Shown: piece by piece, positions 19,880 through 31,277 of the stretch
Layout: each line of letters begins with the position of its first letter
Position numbering within the stretch: the stretch's first letter is position 1
From: Sphingomonadales bacterium
GTDB lineage: Bacteria; Pseudomonadota; Alphaproteobacteria; Sphingomonadales; G965227345
DNA length: 64,000 nt
Direction of reading: 5' to 3'
NCBI GenBank assembly: GCA_965227345.1
Contig: OZ245755.1
Coordinates: forward strand, 3,719,293 to 3,783,292
Translations under genes and position numbers: made by a program
The notes under the pieces: model-generated
The model's database searches: none
What the model was told of the DNA's origin: nothing
What the model saw: only the letters and a program-made list of their open reading frames with translations

Positions 19880-20887
19880 TTAGCCCAGATTTGCCATGAC
19901 AGTCGCTGTATCAGACATCCGGTTTGAGAAGCCCCATTCATTGTCGTACCAGCTAAGAACGCGCACGAATGTACCATCAATAACCTGCGTCTGGCTCAGA
20001 TCAAAAGTAGAGCTTGCAGGAACATGATTGAAATCGATTGAGACACAAGGCTCGTCAACTGTGTCCAGCACACCCTTCAGGCGACCGGCAGAGGCGGCCT
20101 TGATCGCATTGTTGATTTCTTCAACGCTGGTGGATTTTTTGGCGTCGAAGGTTAAATCAATCATGGAAACATTCGGAGTTGGAACACGTACTGATGTGCC
20201 GTCCAGTCGGCCCTTCAATTCCGGCAGCACCAGCCCAACCGCACGTGCGGCACCGGTGGATGTCGGGATCATGGACACACCACATGCCCGTGCCCGGCGG
20301 GGATCACTGTGCAGTGTATCAAGCACGCGCTGATCCCCGGTATAGGCATGAACAGTCGTCATGAAGCCACGCTCAATGCCAACGGCTTCGTTCAGAACCT
20401 GCGCAACGGGCGCCAGACAATTGGTTGTACATGATGCATTTGAAACGATCTTGTGTTCAGCCTTCAGCTTGTCGTGATTGACGCCGTAAACGACTGTCAT
20501 GTCGACATCTGTACCCGGTGCTGAGATCAGAACCTTTTTGGCGCCGGCGTCAATGTGGGCCTGTGCCTTCTCGCCTTTGGTGAATATGCCCGTGCATTCA
20601 TAGACAATGTCAACGCCCAGTTCGGCCCATGGCAGATTGGCAGGGTCACGCTCTGCTGTAACGCGGATAGGGCCTGAACCAATATCAAATGACTTGCCAT
20701 CTACCTTGATGTTGCCCGGAAATGAACCATGAACAGAATCGCGTTTTAGCAGATAGGCATTCATTTCAACGTCGCCAAGATCATTGATCCCGACAACCTG
20801 AATGTCTTTGCGACCGGATTCGTGAATAGCCCGAAGTGCCAGTCGACCTATGCGCCCAAAACCGTTAATAGCAACTTTTATAGTCAT
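19880..20887 (-). CDS. gap: glyceraldehyde-3-phosphate dehydrogenase
   Basis: 335 aa. INGFGRIGR and the active site [12 protein letters not shown]. Confidence 0.95.
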   Translation of the reverse strand: MTIKVAINGFGRIGRLALRAIHESGRKDIQVVGINDLGDVEMNAYLLKRDSVHGSFPGNIKVDGKSFDIGSGPIRVTAERDPANLPWAELGVDIVYECTGIFTKGEKAQAHIDAGAKKVLISAPGTDVDMTVVYGVNHDKLKAEHKIVSNASCTTNCLAPVAQVLNEAVGIERGFMTTVHAYTGDQRVLDTLHSDPRRARACGVSMIPTSTGAARAVGLVLPELKGRLDGTSVRVPTPNVSMIDLTFDAKKSTSVEEINNAIKAASAGRLKGVLDTVDEPCVSIDFNHVPASSTFDLSQTQVIDGTFVRVLSWYDNEWGFSNRMSDTATVMANLG

Positions 20888-20933
20888 GTATTCAACTCCG
20901 ATAAGCTCAAATTGGTCAGAAAATTGCCTTCTT

Positions 20934-22910
20934 TTAAACCCGTTCCTTGACCGCGTCTACTATTGCTTCTGCTGTCAGGCCGAAATATTTGTAAAGGTCT
21001 TCAGCAGGAGCAGACGCACCGAAGCTGTCTATGCCGAGGATGATGCCGTCACGTCCGACATATCGTTCCCAGCCAAAAGATGATGCTGCTTCAATGGCCA
21101 GCTTGACTGTTCCCTTGCCCAGAATATTGTCGCGATAAGTCTTGTCCTGCGCGTCAAACAATTCCCAGCACGGCATCGAGACAATACGGGTGCCAATACC
21201 TTCTTCCTGCAATATATCGCGAGCCTCCAGCGCAATGGAAACTTCGGAGCCGGTTGCAAAAAGCGTAACCTTTGGCTGGCCGTCCGCTGCACGCAATTCA
21301 TATCCGCCCTTGGCGCACAGGTTTGCCGGTGTGTGCTTGATGCGGGCCAGTGGCAGGTTCTGGCGGGTCAGGGCGATGATCGATGGTGTTTCCCTGGATG
21401 CCAGTGCAAGTGCCCAGCATTCTGCTGTTTCCACAGCGTCTGCCGGGCGATACACATTCACGTTTGGCATGGCGCGCAAAGCTGCCAGATGCTCGATCGG
21501 CTGATGGGTCGGGCCATCTTCGCCCAGTCCGATGGAATCATGGGTCATAACATAAATGACCCGCTGTTTCATAAGCGCTGACAGGCGGATAGCCGGGCGA
21601 CAATAGTCTGTAAAGACCATAAAGGTGCCGCCGTAAGGAATGAATCCGCCGTGGAGAGCAAGGCCGTTCATGGCGGCGGCCATGCCAAATTCCCGCACGC
21701 CGTAATAAACGTAGCGACCGGAAAAATCATCACGCGTAATGGCACCCAGATCTTTGGTTAATGTGTTGTTGGACCCTGTCAGGTCCGCAGATCCGCCAAT
21801 GGTCTCGGTCACAATCGGGTTGATGACCTCCAGCACATTCTGGGACGCCTTGCGCGTGGCAACGGACTTTGGCGATTGAACCAGCTGGGCTTTATAGGCC
21901 ACCACAGCTTCATTCAGGCCTGCGGGCAAGTCACCCTTCAGTCGCCGTTCAAATTCAGCCTTGTCAGCGGGCGGCATATCGTCAAATCTGGACTTCCAGT
22001 CAGAAGCGGCGGATGCATTGCGTTCCCCCGCTGCCCGCCAGGCGTCCATAATATTGTCAGGGATATCAAATGCAGGATAGGGCCAGCCCAGCGCTTCACG
22101 GGTTGCGGCAATTTCATCCGTGCCGAGAGGAGAACCATGGGCACCGGAGGTGCCGGCTTTCGTTGGGGCACCATAGCCAATGGTTGTTTTGCAGGCGATC
22201 ATCGAAGGGCGGCTATCTTTTTGTGCCGCTTCAATCGCTTCAGCAATAGCCGCCGGATCGTGACCGTCAATGGCCTGGACATGCCAGCCACAGGCGGTAA
22301 AGCGTGCCGCCTGATCGTCGGACACAGACAGGTCTGTAGGGCCGTCAATCGATATGCTGTTGTCATCCCAGAAGACGATCAGTTTGCCCAGATTCAGGTG
22401 GCCAGCCAGCGAAATGGCTTCGTGACTGACGCCTTCCATCAGACATCCGTCGCCAGCAATTACATAGGTATAGTGATTGACCAGATTATCGCCGAGGCGG
22501 GCCGCATCCAGCCGCTCGGCAAGACTTAAGCCTACAGATGTCGCCAGGCCCTGACCCAAAGGTCCGGTTGTTGTCTCGACCCCGGCCAGTTCGCTGTGTT
22601 CAGGGTGGCCTGCGCAAGGGCTGTGCAGTTGGCGAAAATTCTTGATATCGTCCAGCGTCGGCGCATCATAGCCTGTCAGGTATAAGGCCGAATACAGCAA
22701 CATGGAGCCATGCCCGGCGGACAAAACAAATCTGTCGCGGTCTGGCCATTCCGGCCATTTGGGATCAAACTTCATATACTTAGTGAAAAGGACTGTCGCG
22801 ACATCGGCCATACCCATTGGCATGCCCGGATGCCCGGAATTGGCGGCCTGAACCGCATCCATAGAGAGTGCGCGTATTGCGTTTGCCATTTCCCCGTGTT
22901 GTGCTGACAT
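20934..22910 (-). CDS. tkt: transketolase
   Basis: 658 aa. [15 protein letters not shown] and [13 protein letters not shown] (ThDP motif). Confidence 0.95.
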   Translation of the reverse strand: MSAQHGEMANAIRALSMDAVQAANSGHPGMPMGMADVATVLFTKYMKFDPKWPEWPDRDRFVLSAGHGSMLLYSALYLTGYDAPTLDDIKNFRQLHSPCAGHPEHSELAGVETTTGPLGQGLATSVGLSLAERLDAARLGDNLVNHYTYVIAGDGCLMEGVSHEAISLAGHLNLGKLIVFWDDNSISIDGPTDLSVSDDQAARFTACGWHVQAIDGHDPAAIAEAIEAAQKDSRPSMIACKTTIGYGAPTKAGTSGAHGSPLGTDEIAATREALGWPYPAFDIPDNIMDAWRAAGERNASAASDWKSRFDDMPPADKAEFERRLKGDLPAGLNEAVVAYKAQLVQSPKSVATRKASQNVLEVINPIVTETIGGSADLTGSNNTLTKDLGAITRDDFSGRYVYYGVREFGMAAAMNGLALHGGFIPYGGTFMVFTDYCRPAIRLSALMKQRVIYVMTHDSIGLGEDGPTHQPIEHLAALRAMPNVNVYRPADAVETAECWALALASRETPSIIALTRQNLPLARIKHTPANLCAKGGYELRAADGQPKVTLFATGSEVSIALEARDILQEEGIGTRIVSMPCWELFDAQDKTYRDNILGKGTVKLAIEAASSFGWERYVGRDGIILGIDSFGASAPAEDLYKYFGLTAEAIVDAVKERV

Positions 22911-23187
22911 TTAATTCCCGCGTCCGTATGTTGTCCAGATGAATATTAATGTTTCCAAATGCGGCTGGTCGCATGCTTGTTATGACCTAACATTCTGAAA
23001 CCGCGCGCACAATGACCGCCTGCGGGATTGTCGTCAACCGCGTTCTTAAAATGACTCAGATTAAACGCTTGCCAGCATCCTGTTCTGGTCTGATATGATA
23101 CGCCAGATTCGCATGCCGCAATTATAACACTATCTAGCTTTACGTATACGAGACCGCTAGCAATTCTATCAGGATGAGGCACAGGTT

Positions 23188-23496
23188 ATGTCGGAAGATC
23201 AGGAATTTACGCCGCAACAACAGGTCAAGACGGATCAGGCTCTGCTCCGTATGGCCGGTGCCATCGACCAGCTTGAAGAGCAGTTGGGACGTACCTTGTC
23301 AGAACAAAAAGCCATGCAGGAAAAATATCGTATTTTACGCCAGGAGCATGATGCGCTTCTTCGCAAAACCGAATCAGTTGGTGGCCAGCTTGATGAAACA
23401 ATCGGGCGCTTGAAGCTTGTTCTGCTAAACAACCGACCGGCAGCCGGTTCAGTCGCGCATGGAGATAGTGAATGGGCAAAATCACAGTCCAGATAA
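23188..23496 (+). CDS. coiled-coil protein, DUF4164/ZauP-like (ZapA-associated)
   Basis: 102 aa, coiled-coil rich (IDQLEEQLGRTLSEQKAMQEKYRILRQEHDALLRK). Its 3' end overlaps the zapA start by 25 nt. The position upstream of zapA matches Caulobacter zauP. Confidence 0.5.
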   Translation: MSEDQEFTPQQQVKTDQALLRMAGAIDQLEEQLGRTLSEQKAMQEKYRILRQEHDALLRKTESVGGQLDETIGRLKLVLLNNRPAAGSVAHGDSEWAKSQSR

Positions 23497-23804
23497 ACGG
23501 TCATCCCTATCAGCTTGCCTGTCAGGATGGCGAGGAGGAGCGGCTCGAGTCGCTGGCAGCTTATGTTGACAGGAAGTTGTCAGGCTTGACCGAGAATCTG
23601 GGGCAGGTAGGGGATACCCGGCTGTTGCTGATGACGGCACTGCTGATTACGGATGAACTGGCGGAAAGCCGTGAAAAAACAGGTGGCACGCTTGAACATC
23701 CGGATATCTCTTCGGCTGTTGCCGTGCCACCCGGTGCTGATCAAATGATTGATGATATGGCAAAACGTCTGGAATCTATTGCAGCCCGGCTCGAGAGCGC
23801 CTAA
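23472..23804 (+). CDS. zapA: cell division protein ZapA
   Basis: 110 aa. ITVQINGHPYQLACQDGEEERLESLAAYVDRKL is a typical ZapA N-terminus. The synteny with 6S RNA and 5-FCL supports the call. Confidence 0.85.
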   Translation: MGKITVQINGHPYQLACQDGEEERLESLAAYVDRKLSGLTENLGQVGDTRLLLMTALLITDELAESREKTGGTLEHPDISSAVAVPPGADQMIDDMAKRLESIAARLESA

Positions 23805-23812
23805 GTGTATGT

Positions 23813-23980
23813 GTAGCGGGTACTGCCCGGTGCGTTGGGAACATTAATCCCTGGGGCGATAATCTTCTCTTTGGGAACTGTCCCTGTCGAGACCCTGGTC
23901 TTGTTACACGGTGCCCACCTGATCAATCAGGCACCAGAGGATCAATAAATCCTGACGGCCACGGTGGTCCCGCTACTTCT
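23813..23980 (+). ncRNA. ssrS: 6S RNA
   Basis: The zapA-to-5-FCL gap is the classical ssrS position. The 5' GTAGCGGG pairs with the 3' CCCGCTAC (23969-23976) as a closing stem, and there is an internal hairpin GGTGCC...GGCACC. The length of about 165 nt fits. The ends are approximate. Confidence 0.7.
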
Positions 23981-24011
23981 TGTTAAACTTGATCACAGGG
24001 CTGGAATACAT

Positions 24012-24593
24012 TTGACCTTCGCCACGACAAAGGCTGCCTTGCGAAAAGCCGCCCGGGAGCGGCGTCTGCAGGCCTTTGAGAGCGGTCACTCTCGCGCTGC
24101 CGGGATGCTTTGTGAGAAATTCCTGAGTAATATAAAAATTTCAGAAGATGACATTGTTGCCGGTTATTGGCCAGCGGCGTCGGAAATTGACTGCAGGCCC
24201 CTTCTGAACCGGCTGGCGGCACAGCAGGTTGCATGTTGTCTTCCGGTCGTCAGTCGGCGCGATATGCCCTTAAGCTTTTATCCCTGGAAGCCTGATGATC
24301 CATTGACAGCGGGTGAATATGGCATCATGGAGCCCCTGGCCGGGCAGGCCCCTGTCATACCGACACTGGTCATTGTTCCCTTGCTGGCATTTGATGCCGA
24401 AGGATGGCGACTTGGTTATGGTGGCGGCTATTATGATCGGACAATCGAGACACTCAAAAAATCCTCATCCATGCCAATCCGTCTTGTGGGTGTTGCATTC
24501 GAAGCCCAACAGGTCGATAAAATACCTTGCGACGTTCATGACCAGCAACTTGATGCGGTTGTGACCGAGGAAAAAATTTATAACTTCAGGTGA
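24012..24593 (+). CDS. 5-formyltetrahydrofolate cyclo-ligase
   Basis: Contains the GYGGGYYDR motif. I prefer the TTG start at 24012 because ORF-track start 23964 would overlap the 6S RNA 3' stem. The start is uncertain. Confidence 0.8.
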   Translation: MTFATTKAALRKAARERRLQAFESGHSRAAGMLCEKFLSNIKISEDDIVAGYWPAASEIDCRPLLNRLAAQQVACCLPVVSRRDMPLSFYPWKPDDPLTAGEYGIMEPLAGQAPVIPTLVIVPLLAFDAEGWRLGYGGGYYDRTIETLKKSSSMPIRLVGVAFEAQQVDKIPCDVHDQQLDAVVTEEKIYNFR

Positions 24594-24599
24594 TGTTTT

Positions 24600-25412
24600 T
24601 TGAGAGTTTTGTTTCTGGGCGATATTGTAGGCCGGTCCGGGCGACAGGCAGTGGTGGACGCGCTGCCGGACTATCGCAAACGGTTAAAGCTGGATTTTGT
24701 CGTGGTCAACGGCGAAAACGCGGCGGCGGGCTTTGGTATTACCGCCAAAATATGTCAGCAGCTTTATGAAGCAGGCGTGGATGTGATCACGACCGGCAAT
24801 CATGTCTGGGACCAGAAGGAAACCCTTGGTGCCATCAATCAGGACAAGCGCCTGTTGCGGCCGATAAATTTTCCGGCAGGCACGCCAGGCTCGGGCATTG
24901 CGGAAGTCACCGATGTGCGTGGCCGCAAACTTGTTGTGATTAACGCCATGGGCCGCATTTTTATGGATCCGCTGGATGACCCGTTTGCAGGCGTCTCTGC
25001 GGCCTTGTCGCGGCATGTTCTGGGGCGGACGGCACATTTCATCATGGTTGACTTCCATGGCGAGGCGACCAGCGAAAAAATGGCCATGGGGCATTTTCTG
25101 GATGGCAAGGTATCTTTTGTGGTGGGCACGCACAGCCATGTGCCTACGGCCGATGCGCAGGTTCTGGAAGGTGGAACGGCCTATCAGACAGATGCGGGCA
25201 TGTGCGGCGATTATAATTCGGTCATTGGTATGGAAAAGGCCGAGCCAATACAGCGATTTACACGAAAGGTCGCCAGCGGTCGCTTTTCGCCAGCGGTCGG
25301 GGACGCAACTATTTGCGGTGTGCTGGTCGAAAGTGATGACAAGACCGGGTTGGCAAAATCGGTTCAGCCGTTGCGTGCCGGGGGAAGATTAAGTCCACAA
25401 TGGCCTGCCTAG
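24600..25412 (+). CDS. YmdB-family metallophosphoesterase
   Basis: 270 aa. MRVLFLGDIVGRSGR, VVNGENAA, TTGNHVWD and DFHGEATSEK. Confidence 0.85.
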   Translation: MRVLFLGDIVGRSGRQAVVDALPDYRKRLKLDFVVVNGENAAAGFGITAKICQQLYEAGVDVITTGNHVWDQKETLGAINQDKRLLRPINFPAGTPGSGIAEVTDVRGRKLVVINAMGRIFMDPLDDPFAGVSAALSRHVLGRTAHFIMVDFHGEATSEKMAMGHFLDGKVSFVVGTHSHVPTADAQVLEGGTAYQTDAGMCGDYNSVIGMEKAEPIQRFTRKVASGRFSPAVGDATICGVLVESDDKTGLAKSVQPLRAGGRLSPQWPA

Positions 25413-25575
25413 TGCCCGGACAATGAGAGGGCCGCAAAACAAGTTCTTCTTTTGTTGCTTCAAGGGGCTGGCGACGGGGCGAAAATTTGCTATACAGTGG
25501 CCCACATCCTTAAAATCACTAAATGTGCCTTTTAAGCAAAGGCCGGAAACAAATTTATCGGGCGAGAGTTGAGAC

Positions 25576-26322
25576 ATGGCAGGCCATTCCCAGTTTAAAA
25601 ATATCATGTATCGGAAGGGGGCGCAGGACAAGAAGCGTTCTGCCCTTTTCAGCAAGTTGTCCCGCGAGATAACGGTGGCGGCGAAAGAAGGTCTGCCGGA
25701 CCCGGCTGCCAATGCCCGGTTGCGCTCTGCCATTCAGGCGGCCAAGGCACAGAGCATGCCCAAAGATAATATTGATCGTGCGATCAAGAAAAGTCAGGGC
25801 GGCGACGGCGAGAATTATGAAGCGGTTCGTTATGAGGGCTTTGGACCCGGTGGTGTTTCCCTGATTATTGACAGTTTGACCGACAATCGTAATCGCACAG
25901 CGTCTGATGTTCGGACAGCCTTGCAGAAAAATGGCGGTAATATGGGGGAAAGCGGAAGCGTTTCCTATATGTTTGATCAGGTTGGCGAGATTAAATATCC
26001 CGGGGACATTGCGTCCGCTGACAAGGTCTTCGAAGCTGCGCTCGAAGCCGGTGCCAATGATTGTGAATCAAATGAAGACGAACACCTGATCTATTGTGAA
26101 GCCAATGATCTGCATGCAGTGCGCGAGGCGATTGAGCCCGTGTTGGGCGAAGCTTCTTCTGCCAAACTGGTATGGAAGCCGCATAATCTTATTGAAGTAG
26201 ATGAAGAACAAGCTTCTACATTATTGAAATTGCTTGATGTTCTGGACGACAATGATGATGTTCAAAACGTTTATGGTAATTATGATGTGCCTGACGACGT
26301 GATGGAAAAACTGAACAGCTAA
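25576..26322 (+). CDS. YebC/PmpR family DNA-binding regulator
   Basis: 248 aa. Starts [15 protein letters not shown]; the acidic C-terminus is typical of the family. Confidence 0.9.
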   Translation: MAGHSQFKNIMYRKGAQDKKRSALFSKLSREITVAAKEGLPDPAANARLRSAIQAAKAQSMPKDNIDRAIKKSQGGDGENYEAVRYEGFGPGGVSLIIDSLTDNRNRTASDVRTALQKNGGNMGESGSVSYMFDQVGEIKYPGDIASADKVFEAALEAGANDCESNEDEHLIYCEANDLHAVREAIEPVLGEASSAKLVWKPHNLIEVDEEQASTLLKLLDVLDDNDDVQNVYGNYDVPDDVMEKLNS

Positions 26323-26368
26323 CAAGAGCGAGATTGCCCTGTTAACCCTTTGGCCAGCAGCCTGACGC

Positions 26369-26917
26369 ATGAGTAAACGCACCCGCCTTTTGGGACTGGA
26401 CCCAGGTCTTCGCAAGACCGGCTGGGGCATTATTGACGCTGAGGCCAATCGTCTGGTGCATGTTGCAAATGGTTCTGTAACGTCGGAAAGTTCAGATGAT
26501 CTGAGTCAGCGTCTGGTCCAGCTGTTTGATGGCTTGCAGCAGGTAATTGCTGACTGGGCCCCTGATGCGGCAGCGGTGGAAGAGACATTCGTTAATAAAA
26601 ACCCGGGTTCGACCCTGAAGCTGGGACAGGCACGCGGGATATCAATGCTGGTGCCGGCGCTGGCGGGGGTTGCGGTTTTCGAATATTCGCCAAATCTGAT
26701 CAAGAAGTCTGTGGTCGGGACAGGTCATGCGGCCAAGCAACAGATACATGCCATGGTTCAGGTATTGTTGCCGGGCATTAAAATTAACGGGCCGGACGCT
26801 GCGGATGCGCTGGCGATTGCCATTTGCCATGCCCATCATGCAGGCGGGGCAAATGCGCTTGCAGCCCGGGTTGCAGCAAAAGCACCGGTACAGCCGGGTG
26901 GAGGATATCGCCGATGA
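26369..26917 (+). CDS. ruvC: Holliday junction resolvase RuvC
   Basis: [25 protein letters not shown], and [13 protein letters not shown]. Confidence 0.9.
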   Translation: MSKRTRLLGLDPGLRKTGWGIIDAEANRLVHVANGSVTSESSDDLSQRLVQLFDGLQQVIADWAPDAAAVEETFVNKNPGSTLKLGQARGISMLVPALAGVAVFEYSPNLIKKSVVGTGHAAKQQIHAMVQVLLPGIKINGPDAADALAIAICHAHHAGGANALAARVAAKAPVQPGGGYRR

Positions 26918-27564
26918 TTGCCAGTTTGCATGGTCTTGTCGATTCCACCGGTGATGACTGGCTGGTTCTGGATGTAAATGGCGTCGGGTATCTGGTTTAC
27001 TGTTCCGCCCGCACACTTGGCCGTTTGCAGGGGGCTGCTGATCCTGTGAAGCTGTTGATTGATATGCATGTGCGTGAAGACCATATCCACCTTTTCGGAT
27101 TTGTAGACCATCTGGAGCGGGATTGGTTTCGCATGTTGCAAAGTGTGCAGGGGGTCGGGGCCAAGGTCGCGCTCGCCATTCTGTCGGTATCCCTGCCGGA
27201 CGAACTGGGCGCGGCTATTGTGGCGCAGGACAAGGCAACGGTCTCACGGGCTAACGGGGTTGGTCCGAAGCTGGCCGCCCGCATTGTGAACGAGTTGAAA
27301 GACAAAGTTGCAAAACTGGCCATGGCCCCTGTGATCAAGTCTGCAATTCCAGCGCGGACAGGCGGAAAGGGTGCCGTACAGGTGGACAATGCCGGGGATG
27401 TGATCCGGGATGCGGTATCTGCTCTTAGCAATCTTGGGTACCGCCCGGCAGAAGCTTATACGGCGGTTTCGACTGTCGCGCGGGAGCTTGGTGCGGACCG
27501 CGAACTGGTGGCAGATGACTTGCAGACACTGATCCGCCTGGGACTTAGGGAACTGGCGTCATGA
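26914..27564 (+). CDS. ruvA: Holliday junction DNA helicase RuvA
   Basis: Start MIASLHG (atg at 26914) overlaps the ruvC stop (ATGA). [15 protein letters not shown] and [16 protein letters not shown]. Confidence 0.9.
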   Translation: MIASLHGLVDSTGDDWLVLDVNGVGYLVYCSARTLGRLQGAADPVKLLIDMHVREDHIHLFGFVDHLERDWFRMLQSVQGVGAKVALAILSVSLPDELGAAIVAQDKATVSRANGVGPKLAARIVNELKDKVAKLAMAPVIKSAIPARTGGKGAVQVDNAGDVIRDAVSALSNLGYRPAEAYTAVSTVARELGADRELVADDLQTLIRLGLRELAS

Positions 27565-28637
27565 CGATGGAGAACGAGGCGGACAACAGGCTGGTAGACA
27601 GTGCGCCGTCAGATGGTGATTTGCGTGACCCGGGCTTGCGGCCGACCAATCTGGACGATTTTATCGGTCAGCGTCAGTCCTGCAATAATCTCAGGGTGTT
27701 TATTGAATCCGCGCGTACACGGGGTGAAGCGCTGGACCATGTGTTGTTTTACGGGCCACCAGGTTTGGGCAAGACGACGCTGGCGCAGATCATGGCGCGG
27801 GAGCTGGGTGTCAATTTTCGCGCGACGTCCGGGCCCGTGATCGCCAAGGCCGGTGACCTGGCGGCATTGCTGACAAATCTTCAGGAAAATGACATTCTGT
27901 TCATTGATGAAATTCATCGGCTGAACCCGGCGGTCGAAGAAATTCTTTATCCGGCCATGGAAGATTTCCAGCTTGATCTGATCATTGGAGAGGGGCCTGC
28001 AGCCCGTTCAGTCCGCATTGATCTGCCGCGCTTTACACTGGTGGGTGCCACGACCCGTTCGGGGTTGCTGACAACCCCCCTGCGCGACAGATTTGGTATT
28101 CCGACACGGCTGGAATTCTACAAGGTCGAGGAACTGGTCGAAATCGTTAGCCGGGGGGCAAGATTGCTGGGGATATCGATGACTATGGACGGGGCCGCCG
28201 AAGTGGCACGCCGGTCGCGCGGGACCCCGCGCGTTGCCGGGCGGCTGTTGCGCCGGGTGCGTGATTTTGCGCTGGTGGCGGGGGCTGCAGAAATTACAGA
28301 CAAAGTGGCCGATCAGGCCCTGACGCGGCTGGAGGTTGACAAGCTGGGGCTGGACGCCATGGATCACAGATATATGAGATGTATCGGCGTCGATTATGGC
28401 GGCGGTCCTGTCGGGGTTGAAACGCTTGCGGCGGCATTGTCGGAACCGCGTGATGCGATTGAAGAAATTATTGAACCCTATCTGCTGCAACAGGCACTGG
28501 TGCAACGCACGCCGCGCGGGCGTATGCTCAGCCCGGCAGGGTTCAGGCATATGGGGCTGGAATTGCCGCGCGCCGGAGCTGTTCCCGCATCTCAACTGGA
28601 CCTGATTCAGGATGATCAGGGGGATGAAATTGACTGA
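27561..28637 (+). CDS. ruvB: Holliday junction DNA helicase RuvB
   Basis: [20 protein letters not shown], and [21 protein letters not shown]. Confidence 0.95.
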   Translation: MTMENEADNRLVDSAPSDGDLRDPGLRPTNLDDFIGQRQSCNNLRVFIESARTRGEALDHVLFYGPPGLGKTTLAQIMARELGVNFRATSGPVIAKAGDLAALLTNLQENDILFIDEIHRLNPAVEEILYPAMEDFQLDLIIGEGPAARSVRIDLPRFTLVGATTRSGLLTTPLRDRFGIPTRLEFYKVEELVEIVSRGARLLGISMTMDGAAEVARRSRGTPRVAGRLLRRVRDFALVAGAAEITDKVADQALTRLEVDKLGLDAMDHRYMRCIGVDYGGGPVGVETLAAALSEPRDAIEEIIEPYLLQQALVQRTPRGRMLSPAGFRHMGLELPRAGAVPASQLDLIQDDQGDEID

Positions 28638-29175
28638 TACCCCGGAATTTGGCCCGAACCTTCCGCCTGAGAGCGGGCGGCTTGATGCGGGTGTGCACGC
28701 CCTGCCGTTGCGGGTCTATTACGAAGATACCGATGTTGGCGGTATTGTTTATTACGCCAATTATCTCAAGTTCATGGAACGTGGCCGGTCTGACATGCTG
28801 CGGCTGGCGGGGGTGGATCAGGCCAGCATGATGCAGCCGGGAGACAGCGCGGATGAGGCCCTGATGTTTGCGGTGCGCCATTGCAGTGTGGATTACCTTA
28901 AACCCGCCCGCTATGACGATGAAATACTGGTCAGAACATGGCTTCATGAAATAACCGGGGCCAGTGTGACCATGGTGCAGGAAATTTCAAGAAAGCAGGA
29001 AATTCTGGTCCGGGCCAGCGTCAAGGCGGCCGTCCTGAACAAGGAGGGGGCTCCCCGGAGATTGCCGCGAAATGTCCGCCATATTTTAGACTCACTCATC
29101 AGTTCTAATGCCGCAACCGCTTCAGGGCCAAAAGCGCTAAAGGCACTTACGCAACAGGCTTCTTCAGCAGAATAG
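28612..29175 (+). CDS. ybgC: tol-pal-associated acyl-CoA thioesterase (YbgC-like, 4HBT family)
   Basis: [30 protein letters not shown] is the hot-dog thioesterase core, and the gene sits directly before tolQ. The start is ambiguous (28612 or ATG at 28624). Confidence 0.8.
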   Translation: MIRGMKLTDTPEFGPNLPPESGRLDAGVHALPLRVYYEDTDVGGIVYYANYLKFMERGRSDMLRLAGVDQASMMQPGDSADEALMFAVRHCSVDYLKPARYDDEILVRTWLHEITGASVTMVQEISRKQEILVRASVKAAVLNKEGAPRRLPRNVRHILDSLISSNAATASGPKALKALTQQASSAE

Positions 29176-29190
29176 CCAGCAAGACGAGGA

Positions 29191-29925
29191 ATGAATAATC
29201 CTATGGAGCAGAATATTATCGAAACAACCGATCTGGGCGGCGCTGTACCGGACTTTTCGGCATGGGGCATGTTCACGGGCGCGGATATTGTTGTCCAGCT
29301 CGTCATGATCATCCTGCTTGCGGCATCAGTATGGTGCTGGGCGATCATTTTTGACAAATTGCTGCGCATGCGCCGGGTGACCCGTCAGGCGGACAGTTTT
29401 GAAGATGCGTTCTGGTCGGGAAAGTCGCTGGAAGACCTGTATGACAGGGTGGTGAAAAATCCTGATCACCCCATGGCGATGGTCTTTGTAACAGCGATGC
29501 GTGAATGGCAGCGTTCGGTCACCCCGTCGGGCAAACTGGCCAAGACGATGGGCTTGCAGGATCGTATTTACAAGGTCATGCGGATTACGGTCAGTCGCGA
29601 GATGGAGGGACTTGAGAATTATCTGGGCTTTCTGGCGACAGTCGGGGCAACGGCTCCCTTCGTTGGGCTGTTTGGCACGGTGTGGGGCATTATGAACAGC
29701 TTCCAGAGTATTGCATTGAGCCATAATACAAGTCTGGCTGTTGTGGCCCCCGGTATTGCCGAAGCCCTGTTCGCCACGGCGATGGGCCTGATTGCGGCTA
29801 TCCCTGCGGTGATCGGTTACAACAAGATCACGGCAGATATGGGCCGTTATGCCAACCGGCTGGATGGGTTTGCGGATGAATTCGGGACCATCCTCTCACG
29901 TCAGCTTGATGAGGGGGAGCACTGA
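29191..29925 (+). CDS. tolQ: Tol-Pal system protein TolQ
   Basis: 244 aa. FLATVGATAPFVGLFGTVWGIMNSF and APGIAEALFATAMGLIAAIPAVIGYN. Confidence 0.9.
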   Translation: MNNPMEQNIIETTDLGGAVPDFSAWGMFTGADIVVQLVMIILLAASVWCWAIIFDKLLRMRRVTRQADSFEDAFWSGKSLEDLYDRVVKNPDHPMAMVFVTAMREWQRSVTPSGKLAKTMGLQDRIYKVMRITVSREMEGLENYLGFLATVGATAPFVGLFGTVWGIMNSFQSIALSHNTSLAVVAPGIAEALFATAMGLIAAIPAVIGYNKITADMGRYANRLDGFADEFGTILSRQLDEGEH

Positions 29926-30374
29926 TGGGGGCCAGCATGAATTCAGGCCCCAAAGGTATGGGAAGCGGTTTTCGGGGCCGCCATCGGGCGATGAGCGAAA
30001 TCAACGTTACGCCATTTGTGGATGTCATGCTGGTGCTGCTGATCGTCTTCATGGTCGCAGCGCCGCTTTTGACGATCGGTGTGCCTATTGACCTGCCACA
30101 AAGTACCGCCCGGCCATTGCCGGAAGATAACCAGCCGCTGGCAGTTACCATTGATCGTGACGGCGCGGTGTATTTGCAGGATCTGAAGGTCACGGTGGAA
30201 GAGCTTGTTCCCCGTCTTGCGGCGATTGCCGAGAACAGAATGGACCGGCGGATATACGTGCGCGCAGATCAGGGCATATCTTATGGCCGGGTGATGGAAG
30301 TTATGGGCGCGATGAATGGTGCCGGGTTTTCCAAGGTCGCGTTGGTCAGCGAGCATGCGAGCAAGAAAAAGTAG
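29925..30374 (+). CDS. tolR: Tol-Pal system protein TolR (ExbD family)
   Basis: 149 aa. EINVTPFVDVMLVLLIVFMV. Its start is coupled to the tolQ stop. Confidence 0.9.
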   Translation: MGASMNSGPKGMGSGFRGRHRAMSEINVTPFVDVMLVLLIVFMVAAPLLTIGVPIDLPQSTARPLPEDNQPLAVTIDRDGAVYLQDLKVTVEELVPRLAAIAENRMDRRIYVRADQGISYGRVMEVMGAMNGAGFSKVALVSEHASKKK

Positions 30375-30434
30375 TTTGCATTAAAGACGTAATGGGTCGC
30401 CATTTGGCCGCCCGGTGACAGGAAACAGAATAGT

Positions 30435-31274
30435 TTGCGTATTGGCGTCATATATTCCAGCGTTTTGCATGCAGGTGTTGCCTTGTTTGCCGTCTTTGGC
30501 TTGCCGCATGTTAATGACCGGGAGGTGCTGGAGCCAGATATCATTCCGGTTGAAATCGTCAACATTGAAGAAGAAACCATCAATAAAAAACCGGAAGAAA
30601 AGCCCGAACCGGAACCAGAACCTGAGCTCGAGCCGGAGCGCAAGGCAGTAGCCGTTGCCGCTGAGGCCACACCGCCCCCGCCGCCGCCCGCTGATGCCGT
30701 GCCTTTGCCGGATGTTGAACCGGAGATTGAGAAAAAGCCTGAAGCGAAAAAGGTAGAAAAGCCTCAGCCACAAACACCGGCGGCGTCACCCACGCGCAAG
30801 CCCAGGCCCCCCAGCCGGTTTGATGCCAATCGCATCGCGCTGCTGCTGGACAAAAAGGCAAAAGAGGATCAATCGGAACCGGACCGCCAGCCTGACGAGA
30901 AGGCGATAGACAAAAAGGTGGAGACCGCCAGCCGGTCAAGCATAGACAAGGCACGCCTGACTGCAAGCTTGCAGGCGGCGATCCGCGCGCAGGTGGAACC
31001 TTGCTGGAGCGTGCCTGCCGGCGCAATGGATGCAGAAGACCTGAAAGTCCGTATCAGGATATTTTTGTCGCCTGATGGTAGTCTGGCTAAAGCCCCCCAG
31101 ATCCTCGATCAGACAAAAATGTATGTTACAGGTGGCGATTTCTATCGTGTGGCAGCTGAAAGTGCCCGTCGGGCGGTTCAGAAATGTGCGCCCCTGAAAT
31201 TGCCCCTTGAAAGTTATGATATCTGGCGTGACACTGAATTGACCTTTGACCCCAAAGAGCTGCTTGAAGGATAA
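30435..31274 (+). CDS. tolA: TolA-like cell envelope integrity protein
   Basis: An N-terminal TM, an E/P/K-rich linker (PEEKPEPEPEPELEPE...PPPPPPADA) and a C-terminal TolA-type domain. It lies between tolR and tolB. Confidence 0.7.
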   Translation: MRIGVIYSSVLHAGVALFAVFGLPHVNDREVLEPDIIPVEIVNIEEETINKKPEEKPEPEPEPELEPERKAVAVAAEATPPPPPPADAVPLPDVEPEIEKKPEAKKVEKPQPQTPAASPTRKPRPPSRFDANRIALLLDKKAKEDQSEPDRQPDEKAIDKKVETASRSSIDKARLTASLQAAIRAQVEPCWSVPAGAMDAEDLKVRIRIFLSPDGSLAKAPQILDQTKMYVTGGDFYRVAAESARRAVQKCAPLKLPLESYDIWRDTELTFDPKELLEG

Positions 31275-31277
31275 GCG

